Part shown: positions 1 through 8,619 of the stretch, piece after piece
Numbering within the stretch: position 1 is the stretch's first letter
Layout of the letters: every line of letters starts with the position of its first letter
Assembly: GCA_035764995.1 (NCBI GenBank)
Contig: DASTYM010000445.1
Coordinates: 1-32,006 of the forward strand
Direction: 5' to 3'
DNA: 32,006 bases
Origin: Cyclobacteriaceae bacterium
Lineage (GTDB): Bacteria > Bacteroidota > Bacteroidia > Cytophagales > Cyclobacteriaceae
Position numbers and translations under genes: made by a program
Notes under the pieces: generated by a model
What the model was told of the DNA's origin: nothing
Seen by the model: the letters and a program-made list of their open reading frames with translations, nothing else
The model's database searches: none

Positions 1-387
1 CGCAGCGGAAGAAGATAATCCCGAGCCTACCGGTATGTTACCGCCAAATACACAATTGAATGGTGCAACCGTGAGGCCTCGATCAACAAATTGCCGAAGC
101 ATTCCCAATAAGTAGTTTGCCCAAGCAGGGCCTGCCACCGGTTTTGGGTTCTGGATGTCGAACTCAAACAACTCATTATAATCTATTGAGTATGTAGTAG
201 ACTTTCCGTCAGAGGGTGCGATTGCAAAAATGATCTCTTTATCAATGGCAGCAGGCATAACAAAACCATCATTGTAATCGGTGTGCTCACCAATCATATT
301 GATTCGGCCAGGGCTTCGAATCAGCAATGGTTCCTGTTTAAACCGGGTAATGAAATGTTCCCGTAAGGATTGGTATGAGGTGGCCAC
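1..387 (-). CDS. galK: galactokinase, N-terminal 129 codons (partial, continues beyond window start)
   Basis: Absent from the ORF track because it is open at position 1. Reverse-strand translation from GTG (387-385) gives VATSYQSLREHFITRFKQEPLLIRSPGRINMIGEHTDYNDGFVMPAAIDKEI...FGGNIPVGSGLSSSAA. GRxNxIGEHxDY is the galactokinase signature and PxGSGLSSSAA the GHMP-kinase ATP motif. Confidence 0.85.
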   Translation of the reverse strand, partial: MATSYQSLREHFITRFKQEPLLIRSPGRINMIGEHTDYNDGFVMPAAIDKEIIFAIAPSDGKSTTYSIDYNELFEFDIQNPKPVAGPAWANYLLGMLRQFVDRGLTVAPFNCVFGGNIPVGSGLSSSAA

Positions 388-509
388 AAGAAAAAATCAG
401 CTTCAGTTTACAAGGAATCATGAAATAAAAAAAGCTCCGCAATCGTTTGCAACAAAAATCAATGCCTTTCGCTATTTCAAATTTGTCTGCTTTTAGCTAT
501 TTATGTGAT

Positions 510-1049
510 ATGCGAAAGCTGCTATCCTGCCTGTTTATCTTTCTGATGTTCCTGAACGTCATGGGATATTATTGGGTATTAACCGGAATGCAGTTCCATT
601 CTGTTCGGTCTCTCGAAAGCAGATTGAATGCCGATAACTATCAGGAAGCGGAAACCGTTACCTTTAAGTTTCATCTCGCTGTCCCCTATTTCACCAATCA
701 GGATTTTGAACGTGGTGAAGGCCAGTTTGAATACAATGGTGAATATTATCACCTCGTGAAAAAATCGTATGCAAATGATACCCTGCAGTTAGTCTGTATA
801 AAAAATCACGACAGCAAGCGCATCAATACCGCCTTAAATGACTTTGTTAAAACTTTTACTGATCAGCCCACTAACACCGGAAAATCTTCCGTGGAAATTT
901 CATCTCTTATAAAAGATTATCTACAACAGCAGTTTTCTATTGCGCACGCTACTGAAGGCTGGACCAGCACGATTTGCTTTTCGTTGCCGTCAATAGGTAA
1001 GCCGATTTCTTTCCACACAACCGTTATCCAACCTCCCGAGTTGGCTTAA
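510..1049 (+). CDS. hypothetical membrane-anchored protein
   Basis: ORF 447..1049. The ATG at 510 gives MRKLLSCLFIFLMFLNVMGYYWVL, a plausible N-terminal TM/signal anchor. No recognisable catalytic motif. First gene of a co-directional trio. Confidence 0.45.
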   Translation: MRKLLSCLFIFLMFLNVMGYYWVLTGMQFHSVRSLESRLNADNYQEAETVTFKFHLAVPYFTNQDFERGEGQFEYNGEYYHLVKKSYANDTLQLVCIKNHDSKRINTALNDFVKTFTDQPTNTGKSSVEISSLIKDYLQQQFSIAHATEGWTSTICFSLPSIGKPISFHTTVIQPPELA

Positions 1050-1212
1050 TCCTTCTCTTATTGGTCAATTCATCATCTTGAATGATGACAATACTGTATG
1101 ACAGTCTGAAATCTGTCGTGATCAATCTCACAATTATTATTTCCTGATTATCCAACCTTTGTTTTTAACGAGCGAAGGTTAGCAGGACTTGAAGATTTGT
1201 AAACCTTAAACT

Positions 1213-2130
1213 ATGAAATATACTTTTACACTATTACTCATTTTTTCACTGGCCGTCTGTGGCTATTCGCAAACACTCACAGACGGATTGATGATGTCGA
1301 AAGGCAACTTGTGCACAGGCTTCATGTATTCACACGACAAATGGAAGAACTATTGGGAGGGTGAACTGGAGCGTGATAACGGTAACATTGGCGAGATCAC
1401 TACACAAAGCATCACGTGGGTTGGTAACTACGGAATCACCAATAAAATCAATTTGATTGCAATGGTTCCCTATGTGATGACAAAGGCCAGTCAGGGTGTT
1501 CTTCATGATATGCAAGGCATTCAGGATCTTTCTATTGGCGTGAAGTATCACTTTTTTTCCAAAGCCTGGGAAGGTAAAAGCACTTTCAAGGCCTTCGGTG
1601 TTCTCAACTTCTCTACACCCCTGACCGATTATACACCTGATTTTCTTCCGTTGTCGATTGGGATGGCTTCCACCAACTTATCGGGGCGATTAACCACTTA
1701 CTTCAAACTTGACAAAGGCTGGTTTGTAAATGCTTCAGGTGGTTACACCATGAGAAGTAATGTTGAGCTCGACAGACCCTCCTACTATACCGGAGACCAA
1801 TTGTATAACACGAATGAAGTGGACATGCCAAATGTATTTGATCTGTTTGCAAGTATCGGTTATCTGAAAAACGGATTACAGGCTGAATTAAATCTCATGC
1901 AACAAAATACTTTAGGTGGTTATGACATCCGCAGACAGGATATGCCTTTTGTTTCGAACAAAATGAATTTCACAAAGGCGGGCGCGCTGGTGATGTATTA
2001 TTTGCCACAGGTTAAGAACCTGGCATTGCGTGCTGCCGGAAGTTATACACTCTCGGGCCGTAACGTTGGTCAATCAACAACCATCATGGGCGGAGTTCTT
2101 TACACTTTTCACTTTTCTAAAAACGATTAA
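1213..2130 (+). CDS. putative outer-membrane beta-barrel protein (Phenol_MetA_deg-like transporter?)
   Basis: Signal peptide MKYTFTLLLIFSLAVCGYSQ, alternating hydrophobic beta-strand pattern, aromatic-rich C-terminal strand (GGVLYTFHF). Its stop is 2 nt before the next start. Confidence 0.5.
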   Translation: MKYTFTLLLIFSLAVCGYSQTLTDGLMMSKGNLCTGFMYSHDKWKNYWEGELERDNGNIGEITTQSITWVGNYGITNKINLIAMVPYVMTKASQGVLHDMQGIQDLSIGVKYHFFSKAWEGKSTFKAFGVLNFSTPLTDYTPDFLPLSIGMASTNLSGRLTTYFKLDKGWFVNASGGYTMRSNVELDRPSYYTGDQLYNTNEVDMPNVFDLFASIGYLKNGLQAELNLMQQNTLGGYDIRRQDMPFVSNKMNFTKAGALVMYYLPQVKNLALRAAGSYTLSGRNVGQSTTIMGGVLYTFHFSKND

Positions 2131-2132
2131 TC

Positions 2133-3725
2133 ATGAAAGCATTTAAAATACTCAGCCTTGTAGCAATTGTCCTGATGTTTGTTACTTCTGCGTGCGAGGA
2201 AATTGATAGTGCAGAACATCTGAAACTCCTTGACCCTGATAACGTGGATGCCAATGCGGGCTCATGGACGATGATTCTTCCAATCACCAACAACCAATTT
2301 GCAGCTTCGGTGCCAGCACCTGCAGCAACAACAGCGCCTGCTTATATCAATGAACTTACCGCAATCAAAACGGCTCAGGCAAGACTCACCAGTTCGGAAA
2401 AGAAAATCGTACAATATTGGGGTGCTGGTGGTGTGTTGCGTTGGAATCAGATTATGCGCGAGCTTGTTGCAAAATATGCATTAGCGCCAGCCCCGAATGC
2501 AGATGGCACGTATCCCGTTCCAATTGCTGAAAATCCATGGGGCGATCCTGCATTCCCATTTGCTAATCCTCCTTATGCCGCCCGGGCTTATGCTTATGTT
2601 TCAATTGGACAATATGAAGCATTGAAGTCTGCCTGGTATTTCAAATATCAATACAATCGCCCTGCACCTTATGTTACTGATCAGGGTGTACAGGCTTTAT
2701 TGCCTCAATCGACTTTACCTTCGTATCCATCTGAAGATGCTGTTCTTTCAGGTGTAACGGCTGAGTTATTAAAATTACTTTTCCCCGGAGAAGTTGACTT
2801 TATCAACAGCAAAGCTTCGGAACAACGCTATGCAGCTATGTGGGCTGGCAAAGCAACTACAAGTGATATCTCTGCAGGACTCGCGCTTGGTAATGCAGTT
2901 GCAGGCTATCTCACTGCACCTGGTACAGGTCGTTTCAGAACAGATGGCATGGGTGCAGCCGGTGGTACCAAGGCACAATGGGATGTGTTGATCGACTCAG
3001 CTAAACTGCATTACACTAAAATTGGTATTGATGCTTCCAATGAAATTTTCTGGAAGAGCATGGATGCTCCTGCACGACCACCGATGCTCCCGTTCTTTGG
3101 AAATGTAAGAGGCTGGTTTCTGACACCGGACCAATTTAAAGCGGAACGAGCAGCTCTTGGTCCACCTCCGTCAACATCTTCCGAGCAAATGAAAGAAGAG
3201 TTAGCCGAGGTGTATAATGAAACAGAAAAAGTGGATCGCGATAAATTACACATTGTACACTTTTGGGCTGATGGTGGCGGCACTTATACACCACCCGGGC
3301 ACTGGAATGATATTGCTGCCGATTATGTGGAAGAAGCTAATTTCAGCGAAGTGCGCGCTGCACGTGCTTTCGCATACCTGAATGGAACCATGCTCGATGC
3401 AGCTGTCGGATGTTGGGGCGTTAAATATTATTGGTTCAATCCACGGCCATCACAACTTGATCCGTCAATCAAAACATTGACCGGACTGCCGAATTTTCCA
3501 TCGTACACTTCAGGGCATTCAACATTCTCTGCATCGGCATCAGTTGTGTTATCGTATTTGTTCCCTGCTGGTGCAGCTACATTTCAAGACTACCTGAGAG
3601 AAGCTTCTATCTCAAGACTTTATGGTAGGATTCACTACCGTACAGATATTGAAAAAGGAAATACACATGGAATAGCCATTGGCAATTATGCTGTAACATT
3701 TGCATCCAATGATGGAGCGAATTAA
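2133..3725 (+). CDS. PAP2-superfamily lipoprotein, vanadium-dependent haloperoxidase / acid phosphatase-like
   Basis: Lipobox (MFVTSAC) plus the three PAP2 motifs: KYYWFNPRP (KxxxxxxRP), PSYTSGHS (PSGH), SRLYGRIHYRTD (SRxxxxxHxxxD). Confidence 0.8.
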   Translation: MKAFKILSLVAIVLMFVTSACEEIDSAEHLKLLDPDNVDANAGSWTMILPITNNQFAASVPAPAATTAPAYINELTAIKTAQARLTSSEKKIVQYWGAGGVLRWNQIMRELVAKYALAPAPNADGTYPVPIAENPWGDPAFPFANPPYAARAYAYVSIGQYEALKSAWYFKYQYNRPAPYVTDQGVQALLPQSTLPSYPSEDAVLSGVTAELLKLLFPGEVDFINSKASEQRYAAMWAGKATTSDISAGLALGNAVAGYLTAPGTGRFRTDGMGAAGGTKAQWDVLIDSAKLHYTKIGIDASNEIFWKSMDAPARPPMLPFFGNVRGWFLTPDQFKAERAALGPPPSTSSEQMKEELAEVYNETEKVDRDKLHIVHFWADGGGTYTPPGHWNDIAADYVEEANFSEVRAARAFAYLNGTMLDAAVGCWGVKYYWFNPRPSQLDPSIKTLTGLPNFPSYTSGHSTFSASASVVLSYLFPAGAATFQDYLREASISRLYGRIHYRTDIEKGNTHGIAIGNYAVTFASNDGAN

Positions 3726-3794
3726 AAATATTGTTTAAACTCATTTACCCGGTGAAGTCATAAGGCATCGGTTAAGGTAGTAGTTTAAACACAA

Positions 3795-3832
3795 GTGCCC
3801 GGTGAAGTCATAAGCATCGGGTACTTTTTTTT
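3795..3832 (+). terminator. intrinsic terminator after the haloperoxidase-like gene
   Basis: 10-bp stem gtgcccggtg/catcgggtac (two G-U pairs), 10-nt loop, then T8 (3825-3832). A decayed copy without a T-run lies at 3733-3772. Confidence 0.7.
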
Positions 3833-3846
3833 ATTTGTGCATAAAG

Positions 3847-3880
3847 AAAAAACTCCTCTTGTTTTCATGAGGAGTTTTTT
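3847..3880. terminator. bidirectional hairpin terminator
   Basis: A5-actcctc-(10 nt)-gaggagt-T5, lying between convergent genes. Confidence 0.55.
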
Positions 3881-3897
3881 GTAATCGAAATCATTAA

Positions 3898-4389
3898 TCA
3901 TTTCTTGGCTACAAGCGTATTATGAAAGGACCTGATCTTCCATTCGCTATTCGTCTTCAATAAGAGAAGCGTAATCGTTGATGAATTTGTACCTGCTAAT
4001 GGCCCGGAAGGAGCATCAAGAACAGATGAAGCCTGTACCAAAATTACATCAGGATCGATTGCAATTGCCTGCGTTAACTGATAGACTATTTTACTGTCTT
4101 TGTAAATACTGTTGAAAATTCCCTGGTGGGCTTCACCAATGTATGCAGAACTTGAATTCTTGTGAAGAGTCCCGCGGATATCTACAAATTCAGTCGGGTC
4201 AGCGAATGATTTTGCATAGTCGACTCCATTCGCATTATTCCAGGCGGCTTCAAGCGTTTTAAGAATACCTGTAGAGATTTCGGCTGGTTGCATAGATGTG
4301 TTGTTTTTGTTTTTTGAACGATTGGTTTGTCCGTAGCTGCCTATTGCTATCAATGCCATGGCAAGCAGCGTGAGTGAGATTGCTTTCAT
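3898..4389 (-). CDS. secreted NTF2-like protein (SgcJ/EcaC / DUF4440-type)
   Basis: Signal peptide. The pattern ...LEAAWNNANGVDYAKSF..FVDIRGTL...EWKIRSFHNT is typical of SnoaL/SgcJ-type NTF2 folds. Lies 37 nt downstream of the AhpD-like gene. Confidence 0.5.
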   Translation of the reverse strand: MKAISLTLLAMALIAIGSYGQTNRSKNKNNTSMQPAEISTGILKTLEAAWNNANGVDYAKSFADPTEFVDIRGTLHKNSSSAYIGEAHQGIFNSIYKDSKIVYQLTQAIAIDPDVILVQASSVLDAPSGPLAGTNSSTITLLLLKTNSEWKIRSFHNTLVAKK

Positions 4390-4426
4390 ATCGATTTATT
4401 TTATTTTTTTAAAAATTTAAATTGTC

Positions 4427-4942
4427 CTAGGCCTTAACAGCTTTTTGTTGTTGGACAGAAACGAGGTAATTGTTGACAAAATTTGAAATGGTTTTCAGTG
4501 AAATCAATCCAACGATTTCAATTACTTCTTGCTCTGATATTTTTTCTTCAGTAAAGAAATTCAAAACCAAATCAGGGTAGACACCATTGCCGGAGTAGTA
4601 AATGTATTCGGCCGCCTTTAACAATTTACTCAGGCGATCAATGCTCGTTTCTTCTCCACGAAGGATTGCTTGCACATCATCGTCCGTTACTCCTGCTTTT
4701 TTGAGCAGGAACGAATGCCCTTTCATACATGACTCACATTTATTGAGTGCAGAAATTCTTAACTCAATGGCATTTATCTCCACTACCGAAAATGAAGACT
4801 TTTCCATGGTTTGAGTACCAACCAGGTACATGTAGGCTAGCGGCACACTGCGCTCGGCCATTCCTTTGATTACGCCAGGCACCATCCCAAAACTCTCGGT
4901 TGAGAGTGCATAGACAAATTCCTTGGTTACTGTTGTGTTCAT
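4427..4942 (-). CDS. carboxymuconolactone decarboxylase (AhpD-like) family protein
   Basis: CESCMKGHS (CxxC..H) motif of the AhpD/CMD family; about 170 aa, all-helical composition. Confidence 0.65.
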   Translation of the reverse strand: MNTTVTKEFVYALSTESFGMVPGVIKGMAERSVPLAYMYLVGTQTMEKSSFSVVEINAIELRISALNKCESCMKGHSFLLKKAGVTDDDVQAILRGEETSIDRLSKLLKAAEYIYYSGNGVYPDLVLNFFTEEKISEQEVIEIVGLISLKTISNFVNNYLVSVQQQKAVKA

Positions 4943-4986
4943 AGTTTCAATTTTTAAGGTTTAACATCTATTATTTTTTTAATTAA

Positions 4987-4998
4987 TTGATATATCAA
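4987..4998. promoter_or_regulatory. putative MarR operator, copy 2 (ttgatatatcaa)
   Basis: 12-bp perfect palindrome (13/14 match to the site at 5454-5467) in the 73-bp gap upstream of the AhpD-like gene. Confidence 0.45.
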
Positions 4999-5015
4999 CT
5001 ATATAGGCAAATTTT

Positions 5016-5450
5016 TTACTCCAGGTTCCTGATGATTTTTTGAAGGCTCATGCGTAATTGTTCTTGTTCTTTGTCTTGAAGGGTCTCTATCCCCTTCTTC
5101 CGAACCTTCTTTACCACACCAAATGCCTGCTCCATAAATTTTTGTCCGGCCGGAGTTAGTACCAGTTCATGGACCCGCTTATCCACCCCAGGTTCTTTCC
5201 TGATCAGCTTCTTTTCCAGCAACAAATCCAGAATGCGGGTAATTGACGCCCGATCCTTAAAAAGAGCATTGGCCAGCTCAATTTGCGTTATACGATCAGA
5301 ATCATTGATTTTCTTCAACACGAGCCATTGGTCTACTGTGATATTAATGCCAGCCTCGTTAAACCGAACCTGCGAATATCTTCGAATGACCTTGTTTGTC
5401 TTCTCCAGGAGGTAATACAAAACGTCCTCTAATTTTTGATCTGTAGTCAT
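5016..5450 (-). CDS. MarR-family transcriptional regulator
   Basis: 144 aa. Winged-helix core ...ITVDQWLVLKKINDSDRITQIELANALFKDRASITRILDLLLEKKLIRKEPGVDKRVHELVLTPAGQ is the canonical MarR pattern. Confidence 0.85.
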   Translation of the reverse strand: MTTDQKLEDVLYYLLEKTNKVIRRYSQVRFNEAGINITVDQWLVLKKINDSDRITQIELANALFKDRASITRILDLLLEKKLIRKEPGVDKRVHELVLTPAGQKFMEQAFGVVKKVRKKGIETLQDKEQEQLRMSLQKIIRNLE

Positions 5451-5453
5451 ATT

Positions 5454-5467
5454 GTTGATATATCAAC
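5454..5467. promoter_or_regulatory. putative MarR operator, copy 1 (gttgatatatcaac)
   Basis: Perfect 14-bp palindrome 3 nt upstream of the marR start codon and 3 nt downstream of a -7-like box (tacctta on the minus strand, + coordinates 5471-5478). Confidence 0.5.
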
Positions 5468-5643
5468 GGTAAAGGTAATGGAAAAGTTTCAAAAATTGCT
5501 TTGATTTTGGATTCTTGGGATTAAAGGATTTTCTGGGGTGGCATTTCGCTTGAGATTCAAGTCCCAGTGGCTCAGGAAATTGCTATTTATCTAATATAAA
5601 CAGCTATGGAAAAAATTAGCGAACTGCGATCAAAATTTTAAAA

Positions 5644-5651
5644 TATCTTTG
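5644..5651 (+). promoter_or_regulatory. Bacteroidota -7 promoter box TAtcTTTG
   Basis: Matches TAnnTTTG, 17 nt upstream of the ATG at 5669. Confidence 0.4.
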
Positions 5652-5668
5652 TCTAAAACCTGCATGAT

Positions 5669-7483
5669 ATGATTCGTTCACGATTACTCCTTTTCCTGGT
5701 TATTATTATTTCAATTTTTAAAAGTTGTTCTACCATTAAGCGGAGTGATTATGAGGTAAAAGTGAGGACCTACCTTGATCAATTCGAAAAGAATCTGACT
5801 TCATCGGACGAAGTTATATTAAGGCAATTTAACGTTGAGAAAAGCTCGGAAACTGTGTTAAAAGCAATCCGTGTTATACAAAACAAAGGGCTGGGGAAGG
5901 ATAGCATTTTGGTAACTGTCAATTTTAAAAATGCCGCCATTGTTTTTGAAGAGGTTGATATTCGTGTTGAGATAACCTCACATCTGAAATCTATTGACCC
6001 CGCCTTTGTTCTTGAAGAGGATGTTGTGTTCACCTTGTGGCTAACGTCTGATGATGGTGATCTCACCATAACAAAAATTGATGCCGACCCCCTTTATAGC
6101 GGATACTGGAGAGCTGTACATGAACTTGCTAACCGAAAGGATCGCGAAAAAGCGTTGAGCTCAAGGAAGATTTTTATCGATCAGGCAAACAAACTCAAAG
6201 AAACATATGATTCTGTTGTGTGGTATGCACGCTATAAGGATAGTATATATTACTATGTAGCAAACGGGAAATTTGAGAGTTATTTTTTTAAACAAGATCA
6301 ACAGCACCCACACACTTTTACCATGGGCCTTGTCAGTGAAACGGGACGCGTGATTGTCCCACCAACTTACGATCTGATAGGTACAATCGGTTTTGAACAG
6401 CCTGATATCGTTGAAGTGATAACGGATGGACGAGTTGGACATTATCGTATGGATGGCGAAGAACTTGTTCCTTCCGTGTATGATTGGATTATTCCCTATT
6501 CAGAGGGGGATAATATGTATGCTTTGGCCCGGCAGGATACCACCGAAGGCTGGCTGGATATGTCATATTCTTTTCATCCGGGATTCCCAACTGAAACAGC
6601 TCAGAAATACATACGTGAATTTCAGTTTGGATCAAACCTAAGTGTAAGTAAAGAGACAAAAACAATGGCTGAAAGTCTGAACTTTGAGAGGATGGGTTTC
6701 GGAACGGTGATTCCACCTGCACACTTCGTTCAAAGTGGCATTTTTAAACAAGTCATTTCTTACATTCACTTAGGCAACTCTGATATGTATTATGAGGGCA
6801 CAGAATACGTCAAAACAAAAGGTTCATTGTTTGAACGTATTACCGAAAATATTTCGGCTCTAATAGTCATGGTTGAAACAAGGTATCTGGGTGGTCGGGA
6901 AGAATTTTATCGTTATCAAAATCTTACCCTCATGGATAACAAGGGTAATCCAGTCTTTCAGGATGAACTCTACGAAGGAAAGAATACTTTCCGGCTTATT
7001 GATAGCACACTACTTGAACTTGAGACTACAGCCCTTGCCAGTGTGGCAAGTGAATATTGGGATATGGGAGATTCACCAGGTGACTGGAATCCGCCACAAT
7101 TCAAATATTTTAGGATTTCACCGGAGACCAACACGTTAGTAGCCTTAACATCTCATCGGCAATATGACTGCACCGAATTTGTAAAATTAGACAGCTCTTA
7201 CCTGACAGGTGAATTTGTATCATGGGATAATGAACGAAAGGAATCACGTACCAACAGTTTTGTAACAAAGGAAACGCTTATAGAGATGCGCAATGAAATA
7301 TTGGCGAGTTATAAATACACTTTTAACGACCCAAAAATACTTGAGAATTTCGAGCACCGCGAATGGTATGTTATGGCATATGATGATTACGATGATTTTT
7401 GGGACGATATGACAGAGATTGATCGTCATAACCTTACATTCCTGGAAAGCATGATTGGAACGCTACGAAAAAAACCTATTTGA
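5669..7483 (+). CDS. lipoprotein with WG-type repeats and C-terminal YARHG-like domain
   Basis: Lipobox (IFKSCS). Repeats of the type GLVSETGRVIVPPTYDLIG / GHYRMDGEELVPSVYDWI. C-terminal MRNEILASYKYTFNDPKILENFEHREWY resembles the YARHG domain. Confidence 0.5.
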   Translation: MIRSRLLLFLVIIISIFKSCSTIKRSDYEVKVRTYLDQFEKNLTSSDEVILRQFNVEKSSETVLKAIRVIQNKGLGKDSILVTVNFKNAAIVFEEVDIRVEITSHLKSIDPAFVLEEDVVFTLWLTSDDGDLTITKIDADPLYSGYWRAVHELANRKDREKALSSRKIFIDQANKLKETYDSVVWYARYKDSIYYYVANGKFESYFFKQDQQHPHTFTMGLVSETGRVIVPPTYDLIGTIGFEQPDIVEVITDGRVGHYRMDGEELVPSVYDWIIPYSEGDNMYALARQDTTEGWLDMSYSFHPGFPTETAQKYIREFQFGSNLSVSKETKTMAESLNFERMGFGTVIPPAHFVQSGIFKQVISYIHLGNSDMYYEGTEYVKTKGSLFERITENISALIVMVETRYLGGREEFYRYQNLTLMDNKGNPVFQDELYEGKNTFRLIDSTLLELETTALASVASEYWDMGDSPGDWNPPQFKYFRISPETNTLVALTSHRQYDCTEFVKLDSSYLTGEFVSWDNERKESRTNSFVTKETLIEMRNEILASYKYTFNDPKILENFEHREWYVMAYDDYDDFWDDMTEIDRHNLTFLESMIGTLRKKPI

Positions 7484-8121
7484 TGATCGCTGCATTTCGG
7501 TGGGCAGGGGTTTGGGTGTTAGGTGTCATTTTACTTTTTCTGATCACCTCTTTATCGTTCAATGCACTTTCATACATCAACTTCGATTCCACTTACGGCT
7601 TCCTTCGCCTAAAGCAAGCCGCCATTGCAACAGGCTGGTACCTCCCGGCCTACTATTCACATGTGCTTGCCGCAGGTGTTATTCTCACAATTGGTTTTTT
7701 CCAACTCAACACGCGCCTGAGTCTTAAGCGGAAAAAGCTTCATCGTTTCGTTGGAAAATGCTACGCATATGGAATTCTTTTCTTTGCAGCACCGGGCGGC
7801 TTAATCATGAGTTTCTTTATCAACCGGGGACCCTGGGTACTTACAAGTTTTATCCTGCAATGCACATGCTGGTTTGTGTTCACCTTGCTGGCAGTGATCA
7901 AAATTCGCAGTGGAAAGATTGCTGAACATCGTCAATGGATGTGGCGAAGTTATGCACTTACCTTTGCTGCTGTTACACTACGACTTTATGTTTTCATGTT
8001 TACCTCTTCCTTTGATTTATCAACACCAGATGCATATGGAACGATTGCATGGGCGAGTTGGGTAATAAATCTTGTGGCTGTTGAAGTGTGGTTGAAGTTT
8101 AATACAAGATTTAAAATCTAG
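7480..8121 (+). CDS. DUF2306-like polytopic membrane protein
   Basis: Six predicted TM helices, with HRFVGKCY and EHRQWMWRSY motifs as in DUF2306. ATGA start/stop overlap with the previous gene. Confidence 0.5.
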   Translation: MMIAAFRWAGVWVLGVILLFLITSLSFNALSYINFDSTYGFLRLKQAAIATGWYLPAYYSHVLAAGVILTIGFFQLNTRLSLKRKKLHRFVGKCYAYGILFFAAPGGLIMSFFINRGPWVLTSFILQCTCWFVFTLLAVIKIRSGKIAEHRQWMWRSYALTFAAVTLRLYVFMFTSSFDLSTPDAYGTIAWASWVINLVAVEVWLKFNTRFKI

Positions 8122-8181
8122 GAAATCCAATTTTTTCTTTGTCGCTGCGCTTTGATATGATCCCTGTTTTATCAAAAGGCT

Positions 8182-8189
8182 TATCTTTG
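8182..8189 (+). promoter_or_regulatory. Bacteroidota -7 promoter box TAtcTTTG
   Basis: TAnnTTTG 14 nt upstream of the phnA ATG. Confidence 0.4.
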
Positions 8190-8203
8190 CAAAAAAAATT
8201 GCA

Positions 8204-8560
8204 ATGCCAGAATCTAGTAAATGCCCTAAATGCCAATCAATTTATGCCTATCCTACCGGTACATCCATGATGTGTCCTGAGTGCGGACATGAATGGAACC
8301 CGGATGAACTTGTAAAAGCCGAAGAATCAACTACACAAGCCGATTCATCTGTTGTTAAAGATGCCAATGGAAACATCCTGCAGGATGGCGACACGGTTGT
8401 GCTTATCAAAGACTTACCCGTGAAGGGAGCCTCCAAGCCAATTAAGGCAGGAACCAAAGTGAAGAACATCAAACTTACCACCGGAGATCATAATATTGAC
8501 TGCAAGGTTGAGGGATTTGGGGCTATGGCGCTTAAGTCGATGTATGTAAGGAAGGGGTAA
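8204..8560 (+). CDS. phnA: zinc-ribbon protein PhnA/YjdM
   Basis: CPKCQSIYAY...MCPECGHEW followed by VKDANGNILQDGDTVVLIKDLPVKGASKPIKAGTKVKNIKLTTGDHNIDCKVEGFGAMALKSMYVRK. This is near-collinear with E. coli YjdM as I remember it. Confidence 0.9.
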   Translation: MPESSKCPKCQSIYAYPTGTSMMCPECGHEWNPDELVKAEESTTQADSSVVKDANGNILQDGDTVVLIKDLPVKGASKPIKAGTKVKNIKLTTGDHNIDCKVEGFGAMALKSMYVRKG

Positions 8561-8619
8561 GACGTAAAATGTACCGGGAGAATAAAAATCCCTAATTTTA
8601 CCGATCTAATTTTCCTGAA

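Noticed and set aside
281-496. 71-aa + strand ORF overlapping the galK start region, and the TTG-extended start (447) of the next gene
   Set aside because: It is antisense to the well-supported galK N-terminus. For the next gene, the ATG at 510 gives a proper hydrophobic N-terminus whereas the extension adds an implausible leader.
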